Position numbers and translations under genes: made by a program
Origin: the human T2T-CHM13v2.0 reference genome, Homo sapiens
NCBI RefSeq assembly: GCF_009914755.1
Contig: NC_060931.1
DNA length: 64,000 bases
Direction: 5' to 3' (one strand)
Shown here: one piece after another, positions 26,301 through 41,300 of the stretch
How the letters are laid out: each line of letters starts with the position of its first letter
Numbering within the stretch: the stretch's first letter is position 1
Notes under the pieces: model-generated
Seen by the model: only the letters and a program-made list of their open reading frames with translations
Database searches by the model: none
Told to the model about the DNA's origin: nothing

Positions 26301-29300
26301 AAATAAAAACCAGACAGAATCATTCTCAGAAAATTCTTTGTGATGTGTGCGTTCAACTCACATAGTTTAACCTTTCTTTTCATAGAGCAGTTTGGAAACA
26401 CTCTGTTTGTAAAGTCTGCAAGTGGATATATGGACCGCATTGAGGCCTTCGTTGGAAACGGGATTTCTTCATTTCATGCTAGACAGAAGAATTCTCAGTA
26501 ACTTCTTTGTGCTGTGTGTATTCAACTCACAGAGTGGAACGTCCCTTTGCACAGAGCAGATTTGAAACACTCTTTTTGTGGAGTTTGCAAGTGGAGATTT
26601 CAAGCGATTTGATGCCAACAGTAGAAAAGGAAATATCTTCAAATAAAAACTAGACAGAATCATTCTCAGAAACTACTTTGTGATGTGTGCCTTCAACTCA
26701 CAGAGTTTAACCTTTCTTTTCTTAGAGCAGTTTAGAAACACTCTGCTTGTTATGTCTGCAAGTGGATATTTGGACCTCTTTGAGGCCTTCGTTGCAAACG
26801 GGGTTTCTTCCTTTCATGCTAGACTAAGAAGAGTTCTCAGTAACTTTTTTGTGTTGTGTGTATTCAACTCACAGAGTTGAACCTTGCTTTAGAGAGAGCA
26901 GATTTGAAACACTCTTGCTGTGGCATTTTCAGGTGGAGATTTCAAGCGATTTGAGGACAATTGCAGAAAAGGAAATATCTTCGTATAATAACCAGACAGA
27001 ATCATTCTCAGAAAGTGCTTTGTGATGTGTGCGTTCAACTCACAGAGTTTAACCTTTCTTTTCATAGAGGAGTTTGGAAACACACTGTTTGTAAAGTCTG
27101 CAAGTGGATACATGGACCTGTTTGAGGCCTTCGTTGGAAACGGGATTTCTTCATTGAATGGTAGACGGAAGAATTCTCAGTAAATTCTTTGTGTTGTGTG
27201 CATTCCACTCACAGAGTGGAACGTCCCTTTAGACAGAGCAGATTTGAAACACTCTTTTTGCGGAATTTGCAAGTGGAGATTTCTAGCCATTTGATGCCAA
27301 CAGTAGAAAGGGAAATATCTTCAAATAAAAACCAGACAGAATCATTCTCAGAAAATTCTTTGTGATGTGTGCGTTCAACTCACATAGTTTAACCTTTCTT
27401 TTCATAGAGCAGTTTGGAAACACTCTGTTTGTAAAGTCTGCAAGTGGATATATGGACCGCATTGAGGCCTTCGTTGGAAACGGGATTTCTTCATTTCATG
27501 CTAGACAGAAGAATTCTCAGTAACTTCTTTGTGCTGTGTGTATTCAACTCACAGAGTGGAACGTCCCTTTGCACAGAGCAGATTTGAAACACTCTTTTTG
27601 TGGAGTTTGCAAGTGGAGATTTCAAGCGATTTGATGCCAACAGTAGAAAAGGAAATATCTTCAAATAAAAACTAGACAGAATCATTCTCAGAAACTACTT
27701 TGTGATGTGTGCCTTCAACTCACAGAGTTTAACCTTTCTTTTCTTAGAGCAGTTTAGAAACACTCTGCTTGTTATGTCTGCAAGTGGATATTTGGACCTC
27801 TTTGAGGCCTTCGTTGCAAACGGGGTTTCTTCCTTTCATGCTAGACTAAGAAGAGTTCTCAGTAACTTTTTTGTGTTGTGTGTATTCAACTCACAGAGTT
27901 GAACCCTGCTTTAGAGAGAGCAGATTTGAAACACTCTTGCTGTGGCATTTTCAGGTGGAGATTTCAAGCGATTTGAGGACAATTGCAGAAAAGGAAATAT
28001 CTTCGTATAATAACCAGACAGAATCATTCTCAGAAAGTGCTTTGTGATGTGTGCGTTCAACTCACAGAGTTTAACCTTTCTTTTCATAGAGGAGTTTGGA
28101 AACACACTGTTTGTAAAGTCTGCAAGTGGATATATGGACCTGTTTGAGGCCTTCGTTGGAAACGGGATTTCTTCATTGAATGCTAGACGGAAGAATTCTC
28201 AGTAAATTCTTTGTGTTGTGTGCATTCAACTCACAGAGTGGAACGTCCCTTTAGACAGAGCAGATTTGAAACACTCTTTTTGCGGAATTTGCAAGTGGAG
28301 ATTTCTAGCCATTTGATGCCAACAGTAGAAAGGGAAATATCTTCAAATAAAAACCAGACAGAATCATTCTCAGAAAATTCTTTGTGATGTGTGCGTTCAA
28401 CTCACATAGTTTAACCTTTCTTTTCATAGAGCAGTTTGGAAACACTCTGTTTGTAAAGTCTGCAAGTGGATATATGGACCGCATTGAGGCCTTCGTTGGA
28501 AACGGGATTTCTTCATTTCATGCTAGACAGAAGAATTCTCAGTAACTTCTTTGTGCTGTGTGTATTCAACTCACAGAGTGGAACGTCCCTTTGCACAGAG
28601 CAGATTTGAAACACTCTTTTTGTGGAGTTTGCAAGTGGAGATTTCAAGCGATTTGATGCCAACAGTAGAAAAGGAAATATCTTCAAATAAAAACTAGACA
28701 GAATCATTCTCAGAAACTACTTTGTGATGTGTGCCTTCAACTCACAGAGTTTAACCTTTCTTTTCTTAGAGCAGTTTAGAAACACTCTGCTTGTTATGTC
28801 TGCAAGTGGATATTTGGACCTCTTTGAGGCCTTCGTTGCAAACGGGGTTTCTTCCTTTCATGCTAGACTAAGAAGAGTTCTCAGTAACTTTTTTGTGTTG
28901 TGTGTATTCAACTCACAGAGTTGAACCTTGCTTTAGAGAGAGCAGATTTGAAACACTCTTGCTGTGGCATTTTCAGGTGGAGATTTCAAGCGATTTGAGG
29001 ACAATTGCAGAAAAGGAAATATCTTCGTATAATAACCAGACAGAATCATTCTCAGAAAGTGCTTTGTGATGTGTGCGTTCAACTCACAGAGTTTAACCTT
29101 TCTTTTCATAGAGGAGTTTGGAAACACACTGTTTGTAAAGTCTGCAAGTGGATATATGGACCTGTTTGAGGCCTTCGTTGGAAACGGGATTTCTTCATTG
29201 AATGCTAGACGGAAGAATTCTCAGTAAATTCTTTGTGTTGTGTGCATTCAACTCACAGAGTGGAACGTCCCTTTAGACAGAGCAGATTTGAAACACTCTT

Positions 29301-32300
29301 TTTGCGGAATTTGCAAGTGGAGATTTCTAGCCATTTGATGCCAACAGTAGAAAGGGAAATATCTTCAAATAAAAACCAGACAGAATCATTCTCAGAAAAT
29401 TCTTTGTGATGTGTGCGTTCAACTCACATAGTTTAACCTTTCTTTTCATAGAGCAGTTTGGAAACACTCTGTTTGTAAAGTCTGCAAGTGGATATATGGA
29501 CCGCATTGAGGCCTTCGTTGGAAACGGGATTTCTTCATTTCATGCTAGACAGAAGAATTCTCAGTAACTTCTTTGTGCTGTGTGTATTCAACTCACAGAG
29601 TGGAACGTCCCTTTGCACAGAGCAGATTTGAAACACTCTTTTTGTGGAGTTTGCAAGTGGAGATTTCAAGCGATTTGATGCCAACAGTAGAAAAGGAAAT
29701 ATCTTCAAATAAAAACTAGACAGAATCATTCTCAGAAACTACTTTCTGATGTGTGCCTTCAACTCACAGAGTTTAACCTTTCTTTTCTTAGAGCAGTTTA
29801 GAAACACTCTGCTTGTTATGTCTGCAAGTGGATATTTGGACCTCTTTGAGGCCTTCGTTGCAAACGGGGTTTCTTCCTTTCATGCTAGACTAAGAAGAGT
29901 TCTCAGTAACTTTTTTGTGTTGTGTGTATTCAACTCACAGAGTTGAACCTTGCTTTAGAGAGAGCAGATTTGAAACACTCTTGCTGTGGCATTTTCAGGT
30001 GGAGATTTCAAGCGATTTGAGGACAATTGCAGAAAAGGAAATATCTTCGTATAATAACCAGACAGAATCATTCTCAGAAAGTGCTTTGTGATGTGTGCGT
30101 TCAACTCACAGAGTTTAACCTTTCTTTTCATAGAGGAGTTTGGAAACACACTGTTTGTAAAGTCTGCAAGTGGATATATGGACCTGTTTGAGGCCTTCGT
30201 TGGAAACGGGATTTCTTCATTGAATGCTAGACGGAAGAATTCTCAGTAAATTCTTTGTGTTGTGTGCATTCAACTCACAGAGTGGAACGTCCCTTTAGAC
30301 AGAGCAGATTTGAAACACTCTTTTTGCGGAATTTGCAAGTGGAGATTTCTAGCCATTTGATGCCAACAGTAGAAAGGGAAATATCTTCAAATAAAAACCA
30401 GACAGAATCATTCTCAGAAAATTCTTTGTGATGTGTGCGTTCAACTCACATAGTTTAACCTTTCTTTTCATAGAGCAGTTTGGAAACACTCTGTTTGTAA
30501 AGTCTGCAAGTGGATATATGGACCGCATTGAGGCCTTCGTTGGAAACGGGATTTCTTCATTTCATGCTAGACAGAAGAATTCTCAGTAACTTCTTTGTGC
30601 TGTGTGTATTCAACTCACAGAGTGGAACGTCCCTTTGCACAGAGCAGATTTGAAACACTCTTTTTGTGGAGTTTGCAAGTGGAGATTTCAAGCGATTTGA
30701 TGCCAACAGTAGAAAAGGAAATATCTTCAAATAAAAACTAGACAGAATCATTCTCAGAAACTACTTTGTGATGTGTGCCTTCAACTCACAGAGTTTAACC
30801 TTTCTTTTCTTAGAGCAGTTTAGAAACACTCTGCTTGTTATGTCTGCAAGTGGATATTTGGACCTCTTTGAGGCCTTCGTTGCAAACGGGGTTTCTTCCT
30901 TTCATGCTAGACTAAGAAGAGTTCTCAGTAACTTTTTTGTGTTGTGTGTATTCAACTCACAGAGTTGAACCTTGCTTTAGAGAGAGCAGATTTGAAACAC
31001 TCTTGCTGTGGCATTTTCAGGTGGAGATTTCAAGCGATTTGAGGACAATTGCAGAAAAGGAAATATCTTCGTATAATAACCAGACAGAATCATTCTCAGA
31101 AAGTGCTTTGTGATGTGTGCGTTCAACTCACAGAGTTTAACCTTTCTTTTCATAGAGGAGTTTGGAAACACACTGTTTGTAAAGTCTGCAAGTGGATATA
31201 TGGACCTGTTTGAGGCCTTCGTTGGAAACGGGATTTCTTCATTGAATGCTAGACGGAAGAATTCTCAGTAAATTCTTTGTGTTGTGTGCATTCAACTCAC
31301 AGAGTGGAACGTCCCTTTAGACAGAGCAGATTTGAAACACTCTTTTTGCGGAATTTGCAAGTGGAGATTTCTAGCCATTTGATGCCAACAGTAGAAAGGG
31401 AAATATCTTCAAATAAAAACCAGACAGAATCATTCTCAGAAAATTCTTTGTGATGTGTGCGTTCAACTCACATAGTTTAACCTTTCTTTTCATAGAGCAG
31501 TTTGGAAACACTCTGTTTGTAAAGTCTGCAAGTGGATATATGGACCGCATTGAGGCCTTCGTTGGAAACGGGATTTCTTCATTTCATGCTAGACAGAAGA
31601 ATTCTCAGTAACTTCTTTGTGCTGTGTGTATTCAACTCACAGAGTGGAACGTCCCTTTGCACAGAGCAGATTTGAAACACTCTTTTTGTGGAGTTTGCAA
31701 GTGGAGATTTCAAGCGATTTGATGCCAACAGTAGAAAAGGAAATATCTTCAAATAAAAACTAGACAGAATCATTCTCAGAAACTACTTTCTGATGTGTGC
31801 CTTCAACTCACAGAGTTTAACCTTTCTTTTCTTAGAGCAGTTTAGAAACACTCTGCTTGTTATGTCTGCAAGTGGATATTTGGACCTCTTTGAGGCCTTC
31901 GTTGCAAACGGGGTTTCTTCCTTTCATGCTAGACTAAGAAGAGTTCTCAGTAACTTTTTTGTGTTGTGTGTATTCAACTCACAGAGTTGAACCTTGCTTT
32001 AGAGAGAGCAGATTTGAAACACTCTTGCTGTGGCATTTTCAGGTGGAGATTTCAAGCGATTTGAGGACAATTGCAGAAAAGGAAATATCTTCGTATAATA
32101 ACCAGACAGAATCATTCTCAGAAAGTGCTTTGTGATGTGTGCGTTCAACTCACAGAGTTTAACCTTTCTTTTCATAGAGGAGTTTGGAAACACACTGTTT
32201 GTAAAGTCTGCAAGTGGATACATGGACCTGTTTGAGGCCTTCGTTGGAAACGGGATTTCTTCATTGAATGCTAGACGGAAGAATTCTCAGTAAATTCTTT

Positions 32301-35300
32301 GTGTTGTGTGCATTCAACTCACAGAGTGGAACGTCCCTTTAGACAGAGCAGATTTGAAACACTCTTTTTGCGGAATTTGCAAGTGGAGATTTCTAGCCAT
32401 TTGATGCCAACAGTAGAAAAGGAAATATCTTCAAATAAAAACCAGACAGAATCATTCTCAGAAAATTCTTTGTGATGTGTGCGTTCAACTCACATAGTTT
32501 AACCTTTCTTTTCATAGAGCAGTTTGGAAACACTCTGTTTGTAAAGTCTGCAAGTGGATATATGGACCGCATTGAGGCCTTCGTTGGAAACGGGATTTCT
32601 TCATTTCATGCTAGACAGAAGAATTCTCAGTAACTTCTTTGTGCTGTGTGTATTCAACTCACAGAGTGGAACGTCCCTTTGCACAGAGCAGATTTGAAAC
32701 ACTCTTTTTGTGGAGTTTGCAAGTGGAGATTTCAAGGGATTTGATGCCAACAGTAGAAAAGGAAATATCTTCAAATAAAAACTAGACAGAATCATTCTCA
32801 GAAACTACTTTGTGATGTGTGCCTTCAACTCACAGAGTTTAACCTTTCTTTTCTTAGAGCAGTTTAGAAACACTCTGCTTTTTATGTCTGCAAGTGGATA
32901 TTTGGACCTCTTTGAGGCCTTCGTTGCAAACGGGGTTTCTTCCTTTCATGCTAGACTAAGAAGAGTTCTCAGTAACTTTTTTGTGTTGTGTGTATTCAAC
33001 TCACAGAGTTGAACCTTGCTTTAGAGAGAGCAGATTTGAAACACTCTTGCTGTGGCATTTTCAGGTGGAGATTTCAAGCGATTTGAGGACAATTGCAGAA
33101 AAGGAAATATCTTCGTATAATAACCAGACAGAATCATTCTCAGAAAGTGCTTTGTGATGTGTGCGTTCAACTCACAGAGTTTAACCTTTCTTTTCATAGA
33201 GGAGTTTGGAAACACACTGTTTGTAAAGTCTGCAAGTGGATACATGGACCTGTTTGAGGCCTTCGTTGGAAACGGGATTTCTTCATTGAATGCTAGACGG
33301 AAGAATTCTCAGTAAATTCTTTGTGTTGTGTGCATTCAACTCACAGAGTGGAACGTCCCTTTAGACAGAGCAGATTTGAAACACTCTTTTTGCGGAATTT
33401 GCAAGTGGAGATTTCTAGCCATTTGATGCCAACAGTAGAAAGGGAAATATCTTCAAATAAAAACCAGACAGAATCATTCTCAGAAAATTCTTTGTGATGT
33501 GTGCGTTCAACTCACATAGTTTAACCTTTCTTTTCATAGAGCAGTTTGGAAACACTCTGTTTGTAAAGTCTGCAAGTGGATATATGGACCGCATTGAGGC
33601 CTTCGTTGGAAACGGGATTTCTTCATTTCATGCTAGACAGAAGAATTCTCAGTAACTTCTTTGTGCTGTGTGTATTCAACTCACAGAGTGGAACGTCCCT
33701 TTGCACAGAGCAGATTTGAAACACTCTTTTTGTGGAGTTTGCAAGTGGAGATTTCAAGCGATTTGATGCCAACAGTAGAAAAGGAATTATCTTCAAATAA
33801 AAACTAGACAGAATCATTCTCAGAAACTACTTTGTGATGTGTGCCTTCAACTCACAGAGTTTAACCTTTCTTTTCTTAGAGCAGTTTAGAAACACTCTGC
33901 TTGTTATGTCTGCAAGTGGATATTTGGACCTCTTTGAGGCCTTCGTTGCAAACGGGGTTTCTTCCTTTCATGCTAGACTAAGAAGAGTTCTCAGTAACTT
34001 TTTTGTGTTGTGTGTATTCAACTCACAGAGTTGAACCTTGCTTTAGAGAGAGCAGATTTGAAACACTCTTGCTGTGGCATTTTCAGGTGGAGATTTCAAG
34101 CGATTTGAGGACAATTGCAGAAAAGGAAATATCTTCGTATAATAACCAGACAGAATCATTCTCAGAAAGTGCTTTGTGATGTGTGCGTTCAACTCACAGA
34201 GTTTAACCTTTCTTTTCATAGAGGAGTTTGGAAACACACTGTTTGTAAAGTCTGCAAGTGGATATATGGACCTGTTTGAGGCCTTCGTTGGAAACGGGAT
34301 TTCTTCATTGAATGCTAGACGGAAGAATTCTCAGTAAATTCTTTGTGTTGTGTGCATTCAACTCACAGAGTGGAACGTCCCTTTAGACAGAGCAGATTTG
34401 AAACACTCTTTCTGCGGAATTTGCAAGTGGAGATTTCTAGCCATTTGATGCCAACAGTAGAAAGGGAAATATCTTCAAATAAAAACCAGACAGAATCATT
34501 CTCAGAAAATTCTTTGTGATGTGTGCGTTCAACTCACATAGTTTAACCTTTCTTTTCATAGAGCAGTTTGGAAACACTCTGTTTGTAAAGTCTGCAAGTG
34601 GATATATGGACCGCATTGAGGCCTTCGTTGGAAACGGGATTTCTTCATTTCATGCTAGACAGAAGAATTCTCAGTAACTTCTTTGTGCTGTGTGTATTCA
34701 ACTCACAGAGTGGAACGTCCCTTTACACAGAGCAGATTTGAAACACTCTTTTTGTGGAGTTTGCAAGTGGAGATTTCAAGCGATTTGATGCCAACAGTAG
34801 AAAAGGAAATATCTTCAAATAAAAACTAGACAGAATCATTCTCAGAAACTACTTTGTGATGTGTGCCTTCAACTCACAGAGTTTAACCTTTCTTTTCTTA
34901 GAGCAGTTTAGAAACACTCTGCTTGTTATGTCTGCAAGTGGATATTTGGACCTCTTTGAGGCCTTCGTTGCAAACGGGGTTTCTTCCTTTCATGCTAGAC
35001 TAAGAAGAGTTCTCAGTAACTTTTTTGTGTTGTGTGTATTCAACTCACAGAGTTGAACCTTGCTTTAGAGAGAGCAGATTTGAAACACTCTTGCTGTGGC
35101 ATTTTCAGGTGGAGATTTCAAGCGATTTGAGGACAATTGCAGAAAAGGAAATATCTTCGTATAATAACCAGACAGAATCATTCTCAGAAAGTGCTTTGTG
35201 ATGTGTGCGTTCAACTCACAGAGTTTAACCTTTCTTTTCATAGAGGAGTTTGGAAACACACTGTTTGTAAAGTCTGCAAGTGGATACATGGACCTGTTTG

Positions 35301-38300
35301 AGGCCTTCGTTGGAAACGGGATTTCTTCATTGAATGCTAGACGGAAGAATTCTCAGTAAATTCTTTGTGTTGTGTGCATTCAACTCACAGAGTGGAACGT
35401 CCCTTTAGACAGAGCAGATTTGAAACACTCTTTTTGCGGAATTTGCAAGTGGAGATTTCTAGCCATTTGATGCCAACAGTAGAAAGGGAAATATCTTCAA
35501 ATAAAAACCAGACAGAATCATTCTCAGAAAATTCTTTGTGATGTGTGCGTTCAACTCACATAGTTTAACCTTTCTTTTCATAGAGCAGTTTGGAAACACT
35601 CTGTTTGTAAAGTCTGCAAGTGGATATATGGACCGCATTGAGGCCTTCGTTGGAAACGGGATTTCTTCATTTCATGCTAGACAGAAGAATTCTCAGTAAC
35701 TTCTTTGTGCTGTGTGTATTCAACTCACAGAGTGGAACGTCCCTTTGCACAGAGCAGATTTGAAACACTCTTTTTGTGGAGTTTGCAAGTGGAGATTTCA
35801 AGCGATTTGATGCCAACAGTAGAAAAGGAATTATCTTCAAATAAAAACTAGACAGAATCATTCTCAGAAACTACTTTGTGATGTGTGCCTTCAACTCACA
35901 GAGTTTAACCTTTCTTTTCTTAGAGCAGTTTAGAAACACTCTGCTTGTTATGTCTGCAAGTGGATATTTGGACCTCTTTGAGGCCTTCGTTGCAAACGGG
36001 GTTTCTTCCTTTCATGCTAGACTAAGAAGAGTTCTCAGTAACTTTTTTGTGTTGTGTGTATTCAACTCACAGAGTTGAACCCTGCTTTAGAGAGAGCAGA
36101 TTTGAAACACTCTTGCTGTGGCATTTTCAGGTGGAGATTTCAAGCGATTTGAGGACAATTGCAGAAAAGGAAATATCTTCGTATAATAACCAGACAGAAT
36201 CATTCTCAGAAAGTGCTTTGTGATGTGTGCGTTCAACTCACAGAGTTTAACCTTTCTTTTCATAGAGGAGTTTGGAAACACACTGTTTGTAAAGTCTGCA
36301 AGTGGATATATGGACCTGTTTGAGGCCTTCGTTGGAAACGGGATTTCTTCATTGAATGCTAGACGGAAGAATTCTCAGTAAATTCTTTGTGTTGTGTGCA
36401 TTCAACTCACAGAGTGGAACGTCCCTTTAGACAGAGCAGATTTGAAACACTCTTTTTGCGGAATTTGCAAGTGGAGATTTCTAGCCATTTGATGCCAACA
36501 GTAGAAAGGGAAATATCTTCAAATAAAAACCAGACAGAATCATTCTCAGAAAATTCTTTGTGATGTGTGCGTTCAACTCACATAGTTTAACCTTTCTTTT
36601 CATAGAGCAGTTTGGAAACACTCTGTTTGTAAAGTCTGCAAGTGGATATATGGACCGCATTGAGGCCTTCGTTGGAAACGGGATTTCTTCATTTCATGCT
36701 AGACAGAAGAATTCTCAGTAACTTCTTTGTGCTGTGTGTATTCAACTCACAGAGTGGAACGTCCCTTTGCACAGAGCAGATTTGAAACACTCTTTTTGTG
36801 GAGTTTGCAAGTGGAGATTTCAAGCGATTTGATGCCAACAGTAGAAAAGGAAATATCTTCAAATAAAAACTAGACAGAATCATTCTCAGAAACTACTTTG
36901 TGATGTGTGCCTTCAACTCACAGAGTTTAACCTTTCTTTTCTTAGAGCAGTTTAGAAACACTCTGCTTGTTATGTCTGCAAGTGGATATTTGGACCTCTT
37001 TGAGGCCTTCGTTGCAAACGGGGTTTCTTCCTTTCATGCTAGACTAAGAAGAGTTCTCAGTAACTTTTTTGTGTTGTGTGTATTCAACTCACAGAGTTGA
37101 ACCTTGCTTTAGAGAGAGCAGATTTGAAACACTCTTGCTGTGGCATTTTCAGGTGGAGATTTCAAGCGATTTGAGGACAATTGCAGAAAAGGAAATATCT
37201 TCGTATAATAACCAGACAGAATCATTCTCAGAAAGTGCTTTGTGATGTGTGCGTTCAACTCACAGAGTTTAACCTTTCTTTTCATAGAGGAGTTTGGAAA
37301 CACACTGTTTGTAAAGTCTGCAAGTGGATACATGGACCTGTTTGAGGCCTTCGTTGGAAACGGGATTTCTTCATTGAATGGTAGACGGAAGAATTCTCAG
37401 TAAATTCTTTGTGTTGTGTGCATTCCACTCACAGAGTGGAACGTCCCTTTAGACAGAGCAGATTTGAAACACTCTTTTTGCGGAATTTGCAAGTGGAGAT
37501 TTCTAGCCATTTGATGCCAACAGTAGAAAGGGAAATATATTCAAATAAAAACCAGACAGAATCATTCTCAGAAAATTCTTTGTGATGTGTGCGTTCAACT
37601 CACATAGTTTAACCTTTCTTTTCATAGAGCAGTTTGGAAACACTCTGTTTGTAAAGTCTGCAAGTGGATATATGGACCGCATTGAGGCCTTCGTTGGAAA
37701 CGGGATTTCTTCATTTCATGCTAGACAGAAGAATTCTCAGTAACTTCTTTGTGCTGTGTGTATTCAACTCACAGAGTGGAACGTCCCTTTGCACAGAGCA
37801 GATTTGAAACACTCTTTTTGTGGAGTTTGCAAGTGGAGATTTCAAGCGATTTGATGCCAACAGTAGAAAAGGAAATATCTTCAAATAAAAACTAGACAGA
37901 ATCATTCTCAGAAACTACTTTGTGATGTGTGCCTTCAACTCACAGAGTTTAACCTTTCTTTTCTTAGAGCAGTTTAGAAACACTCTGCTTGTTATGTCTG
38001 CAAGTGGATATTTGGACCTCTTTGAGGCCTTCGTTGCAAACGGGGTTTCTTCCTTTCATGCTAGACTAAGAAGAGTTCTCAGTAACTTTTTTGTGTTGTG
38101 TGTATTCAACTCACAGAGTTGAACCCTGCTTTAGAGAGAGCAGATTTGAAACACTCTTGCTGTGGCATTTTCAGGTGGAGATTTCAAGCGATTTGAGGAC
38201 AATTGCAGAAAAGGAAATATCTTCGTATAATAACCAGACAGAATCATTCTCAGAAAGTGCTTTGTGATGTGTGCGTTCAACTCACAGAGTTTAACCTTTC

Positions 38301-41300
38301 TTTTCATAGAGGAGTTTGGAAACACACTGTTTGTAAAGTCTGCAAGTGGATATATGGACCTGTTTGAGGCCTTCGTTGGAAACGGGATTTCTTCATTGAA
38401 TGCTAGACGGAAGAATTCTCAGTAAATTCTTTGTGTTGTGTGCATTCAACTCACAGAGTGGAACGTCCCTTTAGACAGAGCAGATTTGAAACACTCTTTT
38501 TGCGGAATTTGCAAGTGGAGATTTCTAGCCATTTGATGCCAACAGTAGAAAGGGAAATATCTTCAAATAAAAACCAGACAGAATCATTCTCAGAAAATTC
38601 TTTGTGATGTGTGCGTTCAACTCACATAGTTTAACCTTTCTTTTCATAGAGCAGTTTGGAAACACTCTGTTTGTAAAGTCTGCAAGTGGATATATGGACC
38701 GCATTGAGGCCTTCGTTGGAAACGGGATTTCTTCATTTCATGCTAGACAGAAGAATTCTCAGTAACTTCTTTGTGCTGTGTGTATTCAACTCACAGAGTG
38801 GAACGTCCCTTTGCACAGAGCAGATTTGAAACACTCTTTTTGTGGAGTTTGCAAGTGGAGATTTCAAGCGATTTGATGCCAACAGTAGAAAAGGAAATAT
38901 CTTCAAATAAAAACTAGACAGAATCATTCTCAGAAACTACTTTGTGATGTGTGCCTTCAACTCACAGAGTTTAACCTTTCTTTTCTTAGAGCAGTTTAGA
39001 AACACTCTGCTTGTTATGTCTGCAAGTGGATATTTGGACCTCTTTGAGGCCTTCGTTGCAAACGGGGTTTCTTCCTTTCATGCTAGACTAAGAAGAGTTC
39101 TCAGTAACTTTTTTGTGTTGTGTGTATTCAACTCACAGAGTTGAACCTTGCTTTAGAGAGAGCAGATTTGAAACACTCTTGCTGTGGCATTTTCAGGTGG
39201 AGATTTCAAGCGATTTGAGGACAATTGCAGAAAAGGAAATATCTTCGTATAATAACCAGACAGAATCATTCTCAGAAAGTGCTTTGTGATGTGTGCGTTC
39301 AACTCACAGAGTTTAACCTTTCTTTTCATAGAGGAGTTTGGAAACACACTGTTTGTAAAGTCTGCAAGTGGATACATGGACCTGTTTGAGGCCTTCGTTG
39401 GAAACGGGATTTCTTCATTGAATGCTAGACGGAAGAATTCTCAGTAAATTCTTTGTGTTGTGTGCATTCCACTCACAGAGTGGAACGTCCCTTTAGACAG
39501 AGCAGATTTGAAACACTCTTTTTGCGGAATTTGCAAGTGGAGATTTCTAGCCATTTGATGCCAACAGTAGAAAGGGAAATATCTTCAAATAAAAACCAGA
39601 CAGAATCATTCTCAGAAAATTCTTTGTGATGTGTGCGTTCAACTCACATAGTTTAACCTTTCTTTTCATAGAGCAGTTTGGAAACACTCTGTTTGTAAAG
39701 TCTGCAAGTGGATATATGGACCGCATTGAGGCCTTCGTTGGAAACGGGATTTCTTCATTTCATGCTAGACAGAAGAATTCTCAGTAACTTCTTTGTGCTG
39801 TGTGTATTCAACTCACAGAGTGGAACGTCCCTTTGCACAGAGCAGATTTGAAACACTCTTTTTGTGGAGTTTGCAAGTGGAGATTTCAAGCGATTTGATG
39901 CCAACAGTAGAAAAGGAAATATCTTCAAATAAAAACTAGACAGAATCATTCTCAGAAACTACTTTGTGATGTGTGCCTTCAACTCACAGAGTTTAACCTT
40001 TCTTTTCTTAGAGCAGTTTAGAAACACTCTGCTTGTTATGTCTGCAAGTGGATATTTGGACCTCTTTGAGGCCTTCGTTGCAAACGGGGTTTCTTCCTTT
40101 CATGCTAGACTAAGAAGAGTTCTCAGTAACTTTTTTGTGTTGTGTGTATTCAACTCACAGAGTTGAACCCTGCTTTAGAGAGAGCAGATTTGAAACACTC
40201 TTGCTGTGGCATTTTCAGGTGGAGATTTCAAGCGATTTGAGGACAATTGCAGAAAAGGAAATATCTTCGTATAATAACCAGACAGAATCATTCTCAGAAA
40301 GTGCTTTGTGATGTGTGCGTTCAACTCACAGAGTTTAACCTTTCTTTTCATAGAGGAGTTTGGAAACACACTGTTTGTAAAGTCTGCAAGTGGATATATG
40401 GACCTGTTTGAGGCCTTCGTTGGAAACGGGATTTCTTCATTGAATGCTAGACGGAAGAATTCTCAGTAAATTCTTTGTGTTGTGTGCATTCAACTCACAG
40501 AGTGGAACGTCCCTTTAGACAGAGCAGATTTGAAACACTCTTTTTGCGGAATTTGCAAGTGGAGATTTCTAGCCATTTGATGCCAACAGTAGAAAGGGAA
40601 ATATCTTCAAATAAAAACCAGACAGAATCATTCTCAGAAAATTCTTTGTGATGTGTGCGTTCAACTCACATAGTTTAACCTTTCTTTTCATAGAGCAGTT
40701 TGGAAACACTCTGTTTGTAAAGTCTGCAAGTGGATATATGGACCGCATTGAGGCCTTCGTTGGAAACGGGATTTCTTCATTTCATGCTAGACAGAAGAAT
40801 TCTCAGTAACTTCTTTGTGCTGTGTGTATTCAACTCACAGAGTGGAACGTCCCTTTGCACAGAGCAGATTTGAAACACTCTTTTTGTGGAGTTTGCAAGT
40901 GGAGATTTCAAGCGATTTGATGCCAACAGTAGAAAAGGAAATATCTTCAAATAAAAACTAGACAGAATCATTCTCAGAAACTACTTTGTGATGTGTGCCT
41001 TCAACTCACAGAGTTTAACCTTTCTTTTCTTAGAGCAGTTTAGAAACACTCTGCTTGTTATGTCTGCAAGTGGATATTTGGACCTCTTTGAGGCCTTCGT
41101 TGCAAACGGGGTTTCTTCCTTTCATGCTAGACTAAGAAGAGTTCTCAGTAACTTTTTTGTGTTGTGTGTATTCAACTCACAGAGTTGAACCTTGCTTTAG
41201 AGAGAGCAGATTTGAAACACTCTTGCTGTGGCATTTTCAGGTGGAGATTTCAAGCGATTTGAGGACAATTGCAGAAAAGGAAATATCTTCGTATAATAAC

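Noticed and set aside
1329-37539. Singleton substitutions (1329, 9999, 10086, 19742, 20198, 37539)
   Set aside because: Each was seen once and cannot be distinguished from sequencing or assembly error. They are useful only as possible unique mapping markers.
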